Of a stretch of 64,000 bases of DNA, positions 1-11,082 are shown piece by piece. The position numbers were made by a program, and so were the translations under genes. The notes under the pieces are model-generated. The model did not search any database, was not told where the DNA came from, and saw only the letters and a program-made list of their open reading frames with translations. Every line of letters starts with the position of its first letter. The first letter of the stretch is position 1. This DNA is from an uncultured Chloroflexia bacterium (GTDB lineage Bacteria > Chloroflexota > Chloroflexia > Thermomicrobiales > UBA6265): contig CAVRUC010000007.1 in the NCBI GenBank assembly GCA_963724295.1, positions 64,001 through 128,000 on the forward strand, in the 5' to 3' direction.

Positions 1-677
1 TTTTTACCAAGTTGGCGCGAGAAATCACGATCGCGGCACGCCAGGGGTTGCCCGACCCGGATGCAAATACCCGGCTCCGCCTGGCAGTCGACCGGGCCAA
101 AGCTGCCAACATGCCGAAGGACAATATCGAACGAGCGATTCAGCGCGCCGCCGGCTCCGGCTCCGGAGACCAGTACGAAGAGATTTTTTACGAAGGCTAT
201 GGTCCCGGCGGCGGAGCATTGATGATCCAGGTGCAGACAGACAACAAGAATCGAACCGTCGGCGAGGTACGCGCGGTACTGACACGGGCCGGTGGAACAC
301 TTGGTGAAAACGGCAGCGTTGGCTGGATGTTCGATCAGATGGGTTTGATCGAGGTGCCGATCGGGCCGAATGATCCGGATGAAGTTGCGCTAGTCGCCAT
401 CGACGCCGGAGCCAGCGATGTCGATACAGAGGACGGCGTTCTGATCGTCTATACCAACCCGACCGAGTTGCACCGGACGCGGGAGGCTCTTAGTTTGGCG
501 GGCTACGAAGTTGAAGCCGCGCAGCTGACCATGCGTCCGAAGGCGCTGGTGGCGCCCGAACCAGACGCGGCGGTGAAGCTGATCCGGCTCGTCGAAAAGC
601 TGGAAGACCTCGATGATGTGCAAGAGGTCTTCACGAACGTCGATATTGACGACGAGGTTCTGGCCACGGCCATGTAG
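1..677 (+). CDS. yebC: YebC/PmpR family protein, 5' truncated by window edge
   Basis: Motifs NMPKDNIERAI, YEGYGPGG, TDNKNRT, LEDLDDVQEVFTN; lies upstream of ruvC. Confidence 0.95.
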   Translation, partial: FTKLAREITIAARQGLPDPDANTRLRLAVDRAKAANMPKDNIERAIQRAAGSGSGDQYEEIFYEGYGPGGGALMIQVQTDNKNRTVGEVRAVLTRAGGTLGENGSVGWMFDQMGLIEVPIGPNDPDEVALVAIDAGASDVDTEDGVLIVYTNPTELHRTREALSLAGYEVEAAQLTMRPKALVAPEPDAAVKLIRLVEKLEDLDDVQEVFTNVDIDDEVLATAM

Positions 678-699
678 CGGTGCGCGCGGGGAGGCGAGT

Positions 700-1188
700 G
701 TGATTGCGATTGGGTTCGATCCGGGCACAGCGCGCCTGGGCTACGGAGTGATCGAAAGCGAACCCGATCCGCAGGCGATCGACTACGGCGTCATCGTGAC
801 CAATCCTGACGAGCCGATGGCGCAACGCCTACTCCTGATTCACACGGCTGTTGGTCAATTGATCGATCTCCACCGACCGAGCGCCGTAGCGGTCGAGACG
901 CTCTTTTTTGCCCAGAACGTAACGACGGCGATGACGGTTGGACAGGCGCGAGGAACGGTCCTGCTGGCCGCGGCGCAACGCAATATCGCCGTTGCTGAAT
1001 ATGCCCCGTCTGAGGTCAAGCAGGCGGTGGTTGGCTATGGGAAAGCTGACAAAGCTCAGATACAGGAGATGGTCCGGTTGATTCTCGGCTTGGCGACTGC
1101 GCCGCACCCTGATGACGCCGCTGACGCCCTGGCAGTCGCCATTTGCCACGTACAGAGCGCGCCGTTCCGGTCCCGGGTTGGCGCATAG
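700..1188 (+). CDS. ruvC: Holliday junction resolvase RuvC
   Basis: [40 protein letters not shown] start after GGAGG. Confidence 0.95.
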   Translation: MIAIGFDPGTARLGYGVIESEPDPQAIDYGVIVTNPDEPMAQRLLLIHTAVGQLIDLHRPSAVAVETLFFAQNVTTAMTVGQARGTVLLAAAQRNIAVAEYAPSEVKQAVVGYGKADKAQIQEMVRLILGLATAPHPDDAADALAVAICHVQSAPFRSRVGA

Positions 1189-2002
1189 GCACGCCAGCGG
1201 CCAGTCGGGAGCGGCGCGCGAGCGGCGACGCCTGGATGAAGCGCTCGTCGAGCGCGGGCTCGTCGAGAATCGCTCGCGGGCCCGGGCATTGATCATGGCT
1301 GCCGATGTTATCGTCAATGGGGTGGCTGTCACACGGGCCGGCGCTCCGGTTCAGAGGAGCGACGAGATTTCCCTCAAGGCGCCGCCCAAATTCGTGAGCC
1401 GTGGTGGCGAGAAGCTCGCACATGCCTTGTCGGAGTTCGGAATTGAGGTGCGCGACCTCATCGCCGCAGACTTCGGCGCCAGCACGGGCGGGTTCACCGA
1501 CTGTCTGCTTCAAGGCGGCGCCGCTCGAGTCTATGCGATCGATGTTGGCTATGGACAACTGGCGACCCAATTGCGAGCAGACCCGCGCGTCGTCGTCATC
1601 GAGCGGACAAACGTCCGTCATCTCGAGTCACTGCCGGAGCTCATCGACCTAGTGACCGTCGACGTCTCGTTCATCGGACTTAACCTCGTGTTGCCGGCTG
1701 CCCGGCAGCTCCTGAATGAGAGTGGCCGGATCATTGCTCTGGTCAAACCGCAGTTCGAGGCTGGCCGCGGCGACGTGGGAAGAGGCGGTGTCGTGCGCGA
1801 TCCAGAGACGCACCGCCGCGTTCTGCAGGTCCTTTTCAGGACCGCGGAAGAGCTTGGATTAGGGATTGTCGGACTGACAGCGTCGCCGTTGCGGGGGCCG
1901 GCAGGCAACATCGAGTTCCTCGCGGCCTTGATGCCGAATGTATCCTCAATCGCCATGAATGACGCGATCGAGCGCGCGTTGGCTGAGGCGCCAGGGGAAT
2001 GA
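1178..2002 (+). CDS. tlyA: TlyA family rRNA 2'-O-methyltransferase
   Basis: S4-like N-terminus [36 protein letters not shown]; start uncertain. Confidence 0.92.
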   Translation: MAHRHASGQSGAARERRRLDEALVERGLVENRSRARALIMAADVIVNGVAVTRAGAPVQRSDEISLKAPPKFVSRGGEKLAHALSEFGIEVRDLIAADFGASTGGFTDCLLQGGAARVYAIDVGYGQLATQLRADPRVVVIERTNVRHLESLPELIDLVTVDVSFIGLNLVLPAARQLLNESGRIIALVKPQFEAGRGDVGRGGVVRDPETHRRVLQVLFRTAEELGLGIVGLTASPLRGPAGNIEFLAALMPNVSSIAMNDAIERALAEAPGE

Positions 2003-2778
2003 CTGATTCTGCGCGGCCGTCACCGTTTGCCGATCTTCGCGAGGCTCTTGGCCGAGCGAAAGAGCAAGCGGACGAATCGGTCGAGGTGGGCCAGCCGTCC
2101 GTTCGAGTCGATGCCAATCGGGTGCATCGCTCCGGGATCCCGGAAGTCGTCTTCGCTGGCAGCAAAACAAGCGCACACGTATCCGATGCCTTGCGGAGAC
2201 TGGTTGAGGCGAATGGCCGGGCGCTAGCCAGCCGGGTACGAGCGGAGGATGTCGGGCTCATCCAGCAGGCGCTCGAACCAGAAATCACTGTCGACTCACA
2301 TCCTGTGGCACGTGCAATGGTCGCGTTCCGGCCGGGGTCCTCGCGACCCCTTGGAGCAGGCGTCGTCGGTATCCTGAGTGCCGGCACATCTGACATTCCG
2401 GTTGCGGCTGAGGCTTCGCTTGCCGCCGCGGAAATGGGTGCGACCGTCCTGGAGGCTTGGGACGTCGGTGTCGCCGGATTGCATCGGTTGGTGTTGCCTC
2501 TGGAGCGATTCGTCACCGCGGGAACCGACGTGATCGTCGTCGCGGCCGGCATGGATGGTGCGCTGCCGTCGGTCGTGGCTGGACTCGTCGACATCCCGGT
2601 GATTGGTTTGCCGACGTCTGTCGGCTATGGCCTGGGCGCTGGCGGCGTCGGCGCGTTGACGACGATGCTCCAGTCGTGCGCGCCGGGTCTTGTCGTCGTC
2701 AATATCGACAATGGAATCGGCGCGGGGACAACCGCGGCGCTAATCGCCAACCGTGCCTCTACTGGCCGGGGAGTCTAG
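1999..2778 (+). CDS. larB: Nickel-pincer cofactor biosynthesis protein LarB (PurE-like)
   Basis: [47 protein letters not shown]. Confidence 0.9.
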   Translation: MTDSARPSPFADLREALGRAKEQADESVEVGQPSVRVDANRVHRSGIPEVVFAGSKTSAHVSDALRRLVEANGRALASRVRAEDVGLIQQALEPEITVDSHPVARAMVAFRPGSSRPLGAGVVGILSAGTSDIPVAAEASLAAAEMGATVLEAWDVGVAGLHRLVLPLERFVTAGTDVIVVAAGMDGALPSVVAGLVDIPVIGLPTSVGYGLGAGGVGALTTMLQSCAPGLVVVNIDNGIGAGTTAALIANRASTGRGV

Positions 2779-3717
2779 CGCGACGGTCAACGCGGTCACG
2801 GCATTGCGGGGACTCAGATCGCGGCGCGCAACGCGGGCAATGAGCGCCGTCAGCTCGGGCGACCGACCTGGTCCGGCCTCCAGGCGGCGGTCGAGCACCG
2901 CGCGCAACCCGGACAGCACTTCCGCGCGGGCGCCGCGCTCTCGCCGCACGCTGCGCTGGCCGCTTTCACCGAGCCAGGCATTGTGGTCGTCTATCGCGGC
3001 CAGTAGCTCTGAAATGCCGGATTCAGCGGTGGCAATCGTTTGCAAAACCGGCACGGGTCGACCATGACTTGGGTGCGCGAGGTCGAATGACGACCGGATG
3101 AGCCGTTGCGCATCCTCGGCTCCGGGCTGGTCCGCCTTGTTGATGACGACGATATCGCCGACCTCGAGCAGGCCGGACTTTATCGCCTGGACGCCGTCGC
3201 CGAGCCCGGGGGCTTCGACCACCACGACGGTGTCAGCGAGCGACGCGATATCGGTGCCGTCCTGGCCGGTGCCAACGGTCTCGATCAGTATCAACGGGTA
3301 GCCAACAGCATCGAGCAGATGGACGAGCCCGGCGGTCGCCCAGGCGAGTCCACCCTGTCGGCCGCGACTGGCCATGCTCCTGACGAACACACCGGCGTCA
3401 GCGTGACGGTTCATCATGCGGATACGATCGCCCAGCACCGCGCCGCCGGACAATGGGCTTGAAGGGTCGACCGCAATCACCGCCACGCGGCGATCCCCCG
3501 CACGGATGCGACCCAGGAGCGCCGCTACGAGCGTGCTCTTGCCGGCTCCGGGTGGCCCGGTGACCCCAACAACGTGAGCCTGCCCAGTGAGCGGAAAGAG
3601 CGCATCCAGCGCCTCGAGCCCGACGGGGTCTCCGTTCTCGACCAGAGTCGCCAGGCGAGGTAGCGCCCGCCGATTAGACCCCTGGAGCTGGAGGAGGACG
3701 TCGTTGGCGGTTACCAC
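2740..3717 (-). CDS. meaB: MeaB/ArgK GTPase chaperone of B12-dependent acyl-CoA mutase
   Basis: [36 protein letters not shown]. Confidence 0.93.
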   Translation of the reverse strand: MVTANDVLLQLQGSNRRALPRLATLVENGDPVGLEALDALFPLTGQAHVVGVTGPPGAGKSTLVAALLGRIRAGDRRVAVIAVDPSSPLSGGAVLGDRIRMMNRHADAGVFVRSMASRGRQGGLAWATAGLVHLLDAVGYPLILIETVGTGQDGTDIASLADTVVVVEAPGLGDGVQAIKSGLLEVGDIVVINKADQPGAEDAQRLIRSSFDLAHPSHGRPVPVLQTIATAESGISELLAAIDDHNAWLGESGQRSVRRERGARAEVLSGLRAVLDRRLEAGPGRSPELTALIARVARRDLSPRNAVTALTVALDSPASRGTVGD

Positions 3718-4181
3718 AACGCTGACGGACGCGGGGCGTGTTCGCGAAGGTAGTTCACTATCGTCGCCAGCCTGGTCCCGGGGCCGAAGACCTCGGACAC
3801 TCCAAGCGCCTTGATCTGCGGGATATCCGCCTTGGGGATGGTGCCGCCGGCGACGACCAGGACGTCATCCAGGCCCCGCTCGCGCAAAGCGTCCATGATG
3901 CGGGGAAACAGCTCCATGTGCGCGCCCGAGAGAATGCTCAGGCCGATGACCTGGACATCCTCCTGCAGGGCGGCGGAGGCGATCATCTCCGGCGTCTGAA
4001 AGAGTCCGGTGTAGACGACCTCGAAGCCCGCGTCGCGGAGCGCCCGCACGAGGACTTTGGCGCCTCGGTCATGACCATCGAGTCCTGGTTTAGCGATCAG
4101 GACGCGGACCGGTGCATCGCGCGGATCGCCGCCATTCGGTTCCGCCGTGCCATGCGCGTCAGGTCGTTCGTGGGTCTCCAT
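3711..4181 (-). CDS. Cobalamin-binding small subunit of acyl-CoA mutase
   Basis: [12 protein letters not shown] (DxHxxG), [14 protein letters not shown]. Confidence 0.93.
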   Translation of the reverse strand: METHERPDAHGTAEPNGGDPRDAPVRVLIAKPGLDGHDRGAKVLVRALRDAGFEVVYTGLFQTPEMIASAALQEDVQVIGLSILSGAHMELFPRIMDALRERGLDDVLVVAGGTIPKADIPQIKALGVSEVFGPGTRLATIVNYLREHAPRPSALW

Positions 4182-4183
4182 GA

Positions 4184-5059
4184 TCAGTACTCAAAAAAGC
4201 CTTGTCCGGTCTTACGGCCGAGTTTTCCGGCGCCAACCATGCGCCGAAGCATCGGAGCCGGACGGTATTTGTCGTCGCCAAAGTCGTGATGCAGCGTCTC
4301 CAGGATGTCGAGGCAGACGTCGAGACCAATAAGGTCCGCCAGGGCTAGCGGACCCATTGGATGCGACATGCCGAGCTTCATCACTTCATCGATCGCCGCG
4401 GCGGGAGCGACGTCATCCTGAAGAGTGAAGATCGCCTCGTTGATCATTGGCAGGAGGATGCGATTGGCAACGAACCCCGGCGAGTCGTTGACCACCACAG
4501 GCGTCTTCCCGAGCGCTGCGACGAATTCGACCGACTTGGCGAGCGTCCGGTCCGACGTCTCGAGCCCGCGCACGATTTCTACCAACGGGAGCACTGGCAC
4601 CGGGTTGAAAAAATGGAGACCGAGGAAATGATCAGGTCTGCCCGAAGCACGACCGAGAGTCGAGATCGAGATCGATGACGTATTCGAGGCGAAAATCGAC
4701 CCCGGCACTGCAATCGCTGCTAATTCCTCAAACAGCGCTGATTTTGGCTCAGGCTTCTCAATGATTGCCTCGATGACAAGATTCGCGGTTGCGGCGTCCG
4801 CGATCGTACCGGGACTGAGGTTGGCGCGGAAACTCGCGATGTCCTCTGAGGAACGCCGACCAGTCTCGACCAGTCGCTGCCATCGCGACGCAATCGCCTC
4901 AAGACCTCGCTCGAGGCTGCCGATGTCGGCATCCATCAATGTCGTCCGGATGCCAGCCTGGGCGATGACCTGGGCGATGCCACTGCCCATGGTCCCGGCG
5001 CCGACGACAAGGACCTTCTCTATGGACGCGGGCTCGCAATTCACTGCCGTTTCGCTCAT
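4184..5059 (-). CDS. hbd: 3-hydroxybutyryl-CoA dehydrogenase
   Basis: [40 protein letters not shown]. Confidence 0.92.
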   Translation of the reverse strand: MSETAVNCEPASIEKVLVVGAGTMGSGIAQVIAQAGIRTTLMDADIGSLERGLEAIASRWQRLVETGRRSSEDIASFRANLSPGTIADAATANLVIEAIIEKPEPKSALFEELAAIAVPGSIFASNTSSISISTLGRASGRPDHFLGLHFFNPVPVLPLVEIVRGLETSDRTLAKSVEFVAALGKTPVVVNDSPGFVANRILLPMINEAIFTLQDDVAPAAAIDEVMKLGMSHPMGPLALADLIGLDVCLDILETLHHDFGDDKYRPAPMLRRMVGAGKLGRKTGQGFFEY

Positions 5060-5149
5060 GTCCAGGGGCCATCGCTCCTGAAAGATCGACGACCTGCGCT
5101 CGCCCGATTGTACGTGCCCCGGCAATGGAGCGCGGGCGCGGTCACCTGA

Positions 5150-5749
5150 CTAGCGTTCTTCGATCGGCGGCGCCGATCCATTCTCCGACTCGGGCGCGCG
5201 GTTGCAGCGGTTCATGGCGTCGATGATGCCGTTCCTCTCCCATTCCAGCACGCAATCGGCCGCTGCCTGGAGCACCGCCGGCAGTACCCGCTCTTCATCC
5301 GAGGTGAAACGGGAGAGTACCTGACGCGTTGCGGGCCCGGGTCCGCGCCCAATCCCAATTCGCATCCTGGAGAATGCGTCGATTCCCAGTTCCGCAATGA
5401 TTGATTTGAGCCCGTTATGACCGCCCGAGCCGCCCTTGGCGCGGAGCCGGAACGAGCCGAAGGGAAGGTCGATGTCGTCCACCACAACAAGCAGGTCGTC
5501 TAGCGGCGTCTTGTACCAGTTGACCGCTTCCCGGACCGCCGACCCACTGAGGTTCATGTACGTGCGCGGCTTGAGCAGCACCACCTTTTCTCCCCCGTCG
5601 AAGACTTCGACAAGGTCAGAGCGAAAGCGATTCCGTCGTTCACTGGCGGCGAGGCGCCGGGCAAGCTCGTCCACAACCATGAACCCGAGGTTGTGCCGCG
5701 TTGCGGCATACTCCCGGCCCGGGTTCCCCAGCCCCACGACAATCTTCAC
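5150..5749 (-). CDS. pth: Peptidyl-tRNA hydrolase
   Basis: GLGNPG.EY..TRHN.GF, KP.TYMNLSG, GGHNGLKS. Confidence 0.96.
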   Translation of the reverse strand: MKIVVGLGNPGREYAATRHNLGFMVVDELARRLAASERRNRFRSDLVEVFDGGEKVVLLKPRTYMNLSGSAVREAVNWYKTPLDDLLVVVDDIDLPFGSFRLRAKGGSGGHNGLKSIIAELGIDAFSRMRIGIGRGPGPATRQVLSRFTSDEERVLPAVLQAAADCVLEWERNGIIDAMNRCNRAPESENGSAPPIEER

Positions 5750-5874
5750 AAGCCAGACGCCTCTCAAGCCGTTGCCGCACCGCCCCGGTGTTATACTCGC
5801 GCCGCGATTCTGCCACGGCGGCTCGTTCTTGATGCTTCAGGCAGAAATTCTTTCCCAGAGAAGGTGCACCTCCC

Positions 5875-6525
5875 ATGTTTGGCATCGGATACCAGGAAAT
5901 GTTCATCGTCCTGGTCGTCGCTTTGGTCATCTTCGGGCCAAGCCGCCTGCCCGAGCTTGCTGGCCAGGTAGGCAGGTGGGTGCGTGACTTCCGGCGCATG
6001 AGCTCCGATCTCACAGGCGAGTTCGAGAAGACGTTCGCCGAGGTCGATGAGGTCAAGAAGACCTTCAAACGCGAGATGCAAGGCATCCAGCAAGAAGTCG
6101 AAGGGATCGGCAAGAGCGCGCGCGGTGATCTGAAGAAGTCCGGGGCCAAGGCCATTGGCGACGGCAAGAAATCCTCGAGCCTCGCCGGCAAGAAAGGAAC
6201 CGCTGCCGCGGCGACAGCGGCGAACCCGGCACGGTCGACTTCGTCGAGCAAGACCAGTCCCACGGCGAAGGATGTTGCGGCCAATGGCGCGCGGGCGAAG
6301 ACCGGACCAAATGGCAAGCTCGGCGGCATCGCCGCGGGCACAATGCCGGTCGCCACGAAAGCCGATCCTCTGGCCGACGTCTCGTTCTTTGATCTCGACG
6401 TCGAGTTCCCGGCCGCGAAGAACGGCGCATCGGCGGGGGCCAACGGAGCGGCCGCGGACGATCCCGTGAGTCGCGTGCGCCGCCGGCGCGCCGCATCCGC
6501 CTATGCCCAGCGGAACAGCGCCTGA
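5875..6525 (+). CDS. Twin-arginine translocase TatA/TatB-type subunit with long low-complexity tail
   Basis: MFGIG.QE..IVLVVALVIFGP.RLPELA N-terminus followed by an amphipathic helix. Confidence 0.85.
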   Translation: MFGIGYQEMFIVLVVALVIFGPSRLPELAGQVGRWVRDFRRMSSDLTGEFEKTFAEVDEVKKTFKREMQGIQQEVEGIGKSARGDLKKSGAKAIGDGKKSSSLAGKKGTAAAATAANPARSTSSSKTSPTAKDVAANGARAKTGPNGKLGGIAAGTMPVATKADPLADVSFFDLDVEFPAAKNGASAGANGAAADDPVSRVRRRRAASAYAQRNSA

Positions 6526-6552
6526 CCTCGGCTCAATCCTCGTGCCTCAACA

Positions 6553-7785
6553 GTGAAATCCACTCTCGATGATCTAACGGCGGCCCCGACCACTCTGGGC
6601 AGCTCTTCCGGCAATGAGGCGACGACTACAGACGGGATCCCCGGACCGTTTCGATTCGAGGTGGTCGCCGTCGATAGCGTCAGCGGCGCTCGCCGCGGCC
6701 GGATGACGACGGGTCATGGAGTGGTCGAAACCCCGGCGTTCATGCCAGTCGGGACCCAGGCCACCGTCAAGACGCTTCTGCCGCAAGAGGTGCGTGCCAC
6801 GGGCGCGCAAATCATCCTCGCCAACACTTACCACCTCATGCTTCGGCCGGGTCTGGAAACGCTTGTCGCGGCAGGGGGATTGCACCGGTTCATGGGTTGG
6901 GACGGTCCGATCCTGACCGATAGCGGTGGCTTCCAGATCTTCAGCCTGGCCGGCAACGTACGCGTCCGCGAACACGGAGTGACATTTCGGTCTCACATCG
7001 ACGGCAGTCAGCGCGAGCTCACGCCGGAGACAGCGGTGGGACTGCAGCTCGGCTGGGGATCCGACATCGTCATGGCGCTGGATCATCTGGTTGGTCTGCC
7101 GGCGGATGTCGCCTCGGTGGGAGACGCCACTGAACGGACGCACCGCTGGCTCGACCGCTGCGTCGCTGCGTTTGCAGACGCCGCTGGCGTGAAACGGGCG
7201 GCGCTTTTCGGCATTTGCCAGGGTGGTATGGATCCCAACCTACGGCGCCAAAGCGCGGCCGCAATTTCCGCGGCGGCCGTTGCGGGGTGCGCGATTGGCG
7301 GGCTGAGCGTCGGCGAGCCAAAACCCGTCATGGCTGAGATGCTCGAAATCGTTGCCGAGATCCTGCCGGTCGACAAACCGCGCTACTTGATGGGCGTCGG
7401 TTCACCGGAAGACTTGTGGATGGGCGTGGCGCGAGGGGTCGATCTCTTCGACTGTGTCTTGCCGACCCGATTGGCCCGCAACGGAGCACTGTTCACTCCG
7501 ACGGGACGTGTCAATATCAAACAGCGCCGGTTCGCTGACGTCCATGGACCGCTCGACGCGGAGTGTGACTGCGACACCTGTACCCAGTTCAGCGCCGCCT
7601 ATCTCCATCACTTGTTCCGCGCCGGCGAAGTTCTCGGATTGCGCCTGGCCTCCATCCACAATCTTCGCTTTCTCGCGAACCAGATCGAAACGATCAAGTG
7701 CGCGATCGAGCAGAACTCGTTTGTGTCCGCCCAGGCATCGTTCCTCGGCCGGTATCGTCCCGTAGTGCGTGCGCACGACGCCTAG
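6553..7785 (+). CDS. tgt: tRNA-guanine(34) transglycosylase
   Basis: TPAFMPVGT, NTYHL, DSGGFQ, GGLSVGE, CxCxxC zinc site; start uncertain. Confidence 0.95.
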   Translation: MKSTLDDLTAAPTTLGSSSGNEATTTDGIPGPFRFEVVAVDSVSGARRGRMTTGHGVVETPAFMPVGTQATVKTLLPQEVRATGAQIILANTYHLMLRPGLETLVAAGGLHRFMGWDGPILTDSGGFQIFSLAGNVRVREHGVTFRSHIDGSQRELTPETAVGLQLGWGSDIVMALDHLVGLPADVASVGDATERTHRWLDRCVAAFADAAGVKRAALFGICQGGMDPNLRRQSAAAISAAAVAGCAIGGLSVGEPKPVMAEMLEIVAEILPVDKPRYLMGVGSPEDLWMGVARGVDLFDCVLPTRLARNGALFTPTGRVNIKQRRFADVHGPLDAECDCDTCTQFSAAYLHHLFRAGEVLGLRLASIHNLRFLANQIETIKCAIEQNSFVSAQASFLGRYRPVVRAHDA

Positions 7786-7916
7786 CTGCTCGGCCGAGAG
7801 CGATGCAGCCAGCGTCGAGCGGGGCTTCCGCTGCTGCCGAGTACAATCGTGGCCGAACGGCGGGAGATCGATTGCGGCGATACCAACCCGAAATGGACCC
7901 TGAGCGATGCGGCGCG

Positions 7917-8348
7917 GTGGCGGTCGGAATCGACACCATCGAAATCGCCCGCATCCGGCGCACCCTTGCCGATTTCGGCGATCGGTTCCTGCAACGTGTC
8001 TACACGGAGCAGGAACGGGAGCGCTACGGTTCGCGAGTTTCCGAGCTCGCGGCTCGTTTTGCCGCCAAAGAGGCAACGTCGAAGGCGCTTGGCACTGGTA
8101 TCCGGGGCATTCGCTGGCGGGAGATGGAAGTCCTTGCCAATCGGCGCGGGAAGCCGGTGTTGATCTTGCATGGCAGCGCGGCGGAGCGCGCCGCCCAATT
8201 GGGCCTCGTCGACTTCGACGTCTCACTCACCCACTCGCGGACGGATGCGATAGCGTTTGTCGTTGGCTTGAAGCAGGCGGGTGCGGCAGACGCGAATTCC
8301 AGCAGCATGAAAAGTGAGGGCGAACTTGCCTCGTCAGAGCGGAGCTAA
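7917..8348 (+). CDS. acpS: Holo-ACP synthase
   Basis: GIDTIEIARI, ARFAAKEA.SKALGTG, SLTHS; start could instead be the ATG at 7893. Confidence 0.93.
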   Translation: MAVGIDTIEIARIRRTLADFGDRFLQRVYTEQERERYGSRVSELAARFAAKEATSKALGTGIRGIRWREMEVLANRRGKPVLILHGSAAERAAQLGLVDFDVSLTHSRTDAIAFVVGLKQAGAADANSSSMKSEGELASSERS

Positions 8349-9327
8349 ACAGACCGACCCGGCAGCCGAGACCATCACCGAGGATTGGGCCGCGTCGGTT
8401 CTCCCGCGCCGCCGGTCGGGTGCGCACAAATGGAGCGTAGGGGGCATCGTCATCGTCGCTGGGTCGCCACCGTTTGCCGGAGCGGCCGCGCTCTGTTGTG
8501 CCGGAGCGGGACGCTCCGGGGCGGGGATCATTTCAGCCGCACTTCCACGATCGATCGCACCGGTCGTCGTCGGCCTCGTTCCGGAGGTGACTGTTGTCAT
8601 CCTCCCGGAGGGGGAGAGCACCTCGGTGGCAATCCGTGCGGCTGAAGCGATCGGCGAGCGGTTGGAGAGGTCAGCAGCGATGGTCGTCGGGCCCGGACTG
8701 GGCGATGATGCCGCCACCGCAGCGCTGCTCGGAACTCTCTTTGGTTTCACCAGGGTCCGCGGCACCATCGGATTTGGAACAGCCTCGTCAGGACCGGACA
8801 CCAACGGTCTCGAGGGGGCTATCGCTGCCGCCGGCAAGCCAGTCGTCATCGATGCCGATGGGCTCAACTGGCTTGCACAGCAGGAGGGTTGGTGGGAACG
8901 CGTCCCGACCGAGCTCATCGTCCTCACACCACATCCCGGCGAGATGTCCCGCCTCTTCGGCGTCGATATTGATGAGATAGTGTCCAGTCCGGAAGGTGTC
9001 GCACGCGACGCGGCCACTCGATGGCGGCAGACGGTGGTCCTGAAGGGCGGTCGGACCGTTGTTGCCAGCGCGGACGGGACTGTCCGTGGCGTAGATGCCC
9101 CGCCGTCGCTCGCGACCGCAGGCAGTGGCGATGTGCTCTGCGGCTCGATTGGCGCGTTGCTGGCGCAAGGACTCAGCGGCCCGGATGCCGCAGCGCTAGC
9201 GGTTTTCGTCGGGTGTCGGGCCGCGGAACGCGTGGCGGCGCAGTATGGAACCCTGGGAGTTGTCGCCGGTGATCTGCCGGATGCAATCTCGGCAGAGCTT
9301 CGCGCGCTCGAGGAGTTGGGAGCCTAG
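8314..9327 (+). CDS. nnrD: ADP-dependent NAD(P)H-hydrate dehydratase (no epimerase domain)
   Basis: GPGLG, IDADGL, LTPHPGEM.RL, LATAGSGDVL. Confidence 0.9.
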   Translation: MRANLPRQSGAKQTDPAAETITEDWAASVLPRRRSGAHKWSVGGIVIVAGSPPFAGAAALCCAGAGRSGAGIISAALPRSIAPVVVGLVPEVTVVILPEGESTSVAIRAAEAIGERLERSAAMVVGPGLGDDAATAALLGTLFGFTRVRGTIGFGTASSGPDTNGLEGAIAAAGKPVVIDADGLNWLAQQEGWWERVPTELIVLTPHPGEMSRLFGVDIDEIVSSPEGVARDAATRWRQTVVLKGGRTVVASADGTVRGVDAPPSLATAGSGDVLCGSIGALLAQGLSGPDAAALAVFVGCRAAERVAAQYGTLGVVAGDLPDAISAELRALEELGA

Positions 9328-9328
9328 C

Positions 9329-9832
9329 ATGGGGTCGGGAACGGAACCTACCGTCAGAGATGTCATGCGGCATGAGGTACCAACGGCCTCGCCGGCGACC
9401 CCAATTGCCGAACTCGCCAGGCTGATGGTCGAGCACCATGTTCCCGGCCTGCCGGTGATCGCTCGAGGTGAACTCGTCGGGATCGTAACCGAGGCCGATC
9501 TCATCCAGCGCGAGGCCACCGTCGACATGCCGTCGATCGTCACATTCCTGGACGCGGTCATCGTCGCGGATGCAGGAACACCGTTTGAAGAGGAGCTACG
9601 CCGGGTCGTGGCCACCACAGCGGAGGAGTTGATGACCTCGCCGGTCATCAGCATCCGGGATTCCGCGACAGTAGCGGAGCTCGCCACACTCATGCTCCAG
9701 CAGCGCGTCAACCCGGTACCGGTTGTCGACGACGGCCGGCAGATCGTGGGTCTCGCGACGCGAAGTGGACTCATCGAACTGATCGCGCGGCTGGAGTCCG
9801 TTTCCTCGCGTCAAAACTCCGGCGGGAGCTAA
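9329..9832 (+). CDS. Tandem CBS-domain protein
   Basis: Two CBS repeats (GLPV..GELVGIVTEADL; PVPVVDD.RQIVG). Confidence 0.88.
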   Translation: MGSGTEPTVRDVMRHEVPTASPATPIAELARLMVEHHVPGLPVIARGELVGIVTEADLIQREATVDMPSIVTFLDAVIVADAGTPFEEELRRVVATTAEELMTSPVISIRDSATVAELATLMLQQRVNPVPVVDDGRQIVGLATRSGLIELIARLESVSSRQNSGGS

Positions 9833-9849
9833 CTGCGACGAGGACTGCG

Positions 9850-11082
9850 GTGGCGCCTCCCTCCAAGATTGATATCCGTGGACTTCGTGCCACTCGCGCC
9901 ATCATCGATCTCGATGCAATCGAAGGCAATGTTCGGGTGCTTCGCGGGGTCCTGCCGAGGACCACTCAACTCATGGCTGTCGTCAAGGCCGACGCGTATG
10001 GGCACGGCGCCCCCTGGGTCGCTCGTGCCGCACTCGATGCCGGCGCCGCGCTGCTGGGCGTGGCGACTGTTGGCGAAGGACAAGTACTCCGGGCGCATGG
10101 GATAGACGCGCCGATCGTGCTGCTCGGCTCGATCGACGCGGCCGAAGCTCCGGCGGCGTGTGAGGCCGGCCTGGAGATTACCGTCGCCAGCGAGTGGCTG
10201 CTGGAATCCGTGCAGCGGGCGGCGGAGTGGCGCGCCGCACGCCGCCGGTCCCGGTTCATCTCAAGGTCGATACCGGACTGCGTCGCTACGGCGCCACCGC
10301 CTCCGAGGCGGTAGCGCTCGCGACCCGGATAGCGAGCGACCCATGTCTTCGCCTGGCCAGTATCTTCACGCACTTCGCCTCCGCGGACGAACCGGATGAG
10401 CCATTTACGACCGCACAGCTTCAGGAGTTCGAACAGGTGGTGGGCGCTGTACGGGCGTCTGGAGTGGCGCTGCCGCCGCTCCACGCAGCAAACAGCGCCG
10501 GGATCCTCACCAACCGCTGCAGCGACTACGGCATCGCGCGACCCGGTATCGCGCTGTATGGAGTGCCGCCTTCGCCGGAGGTGCCGTTGTTGCCCGGCAT
10601 GCGCCCTGGCATCACGGATCGAGAGCCGTATCACGCGCCTGATTACCGTGGCGCCCGGAGACACTGTTGGGTACAACCGAACGTTTCGGGCCGACGCGCC
10701 GATGCGCGCTGCATTGCTGCCTATCGGGTATGCCGACGGCTACCGGCGCGCACTCTCCGGCCGCGCCTGGGTCGGAATCGATGGCCGGCAGGCCCCCGTG
10801 ATTGGCCGCGTCTCAATGGATCAAATCGTCGTTGGGATACCCGACGGAGCGCGGGCGGCCCTCGGCGACATTGTGACCGTGATGGGCGGAGACCAGCGGT
10901 CGGGAGCGCCCTCGATCGAGGACATGGCTGACTTGATGGGCACCAACGGCTACGAAGTGCTTGTGGGAATCCGGAAGCGGGTACCACGAGTTTTCTTGCG
11001 GGATGGAGAACCTGTCGCGGCGCGGGTCAGCGGCAACACTGAGATCTGGATCGAGCCAAGCTCTGACCCAATCCAGATCTAG
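9850..11082 (+). CDS. alr: Alanine racemase, split by two frameshifts (~10225, ~10605)
   Basis: AVVKADAYGHG, then HLKVDTGLRR / HAANS / RPGIALYG, then GYADG / IGRVSMDQ in three successive frames. Confidence 0.92.
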
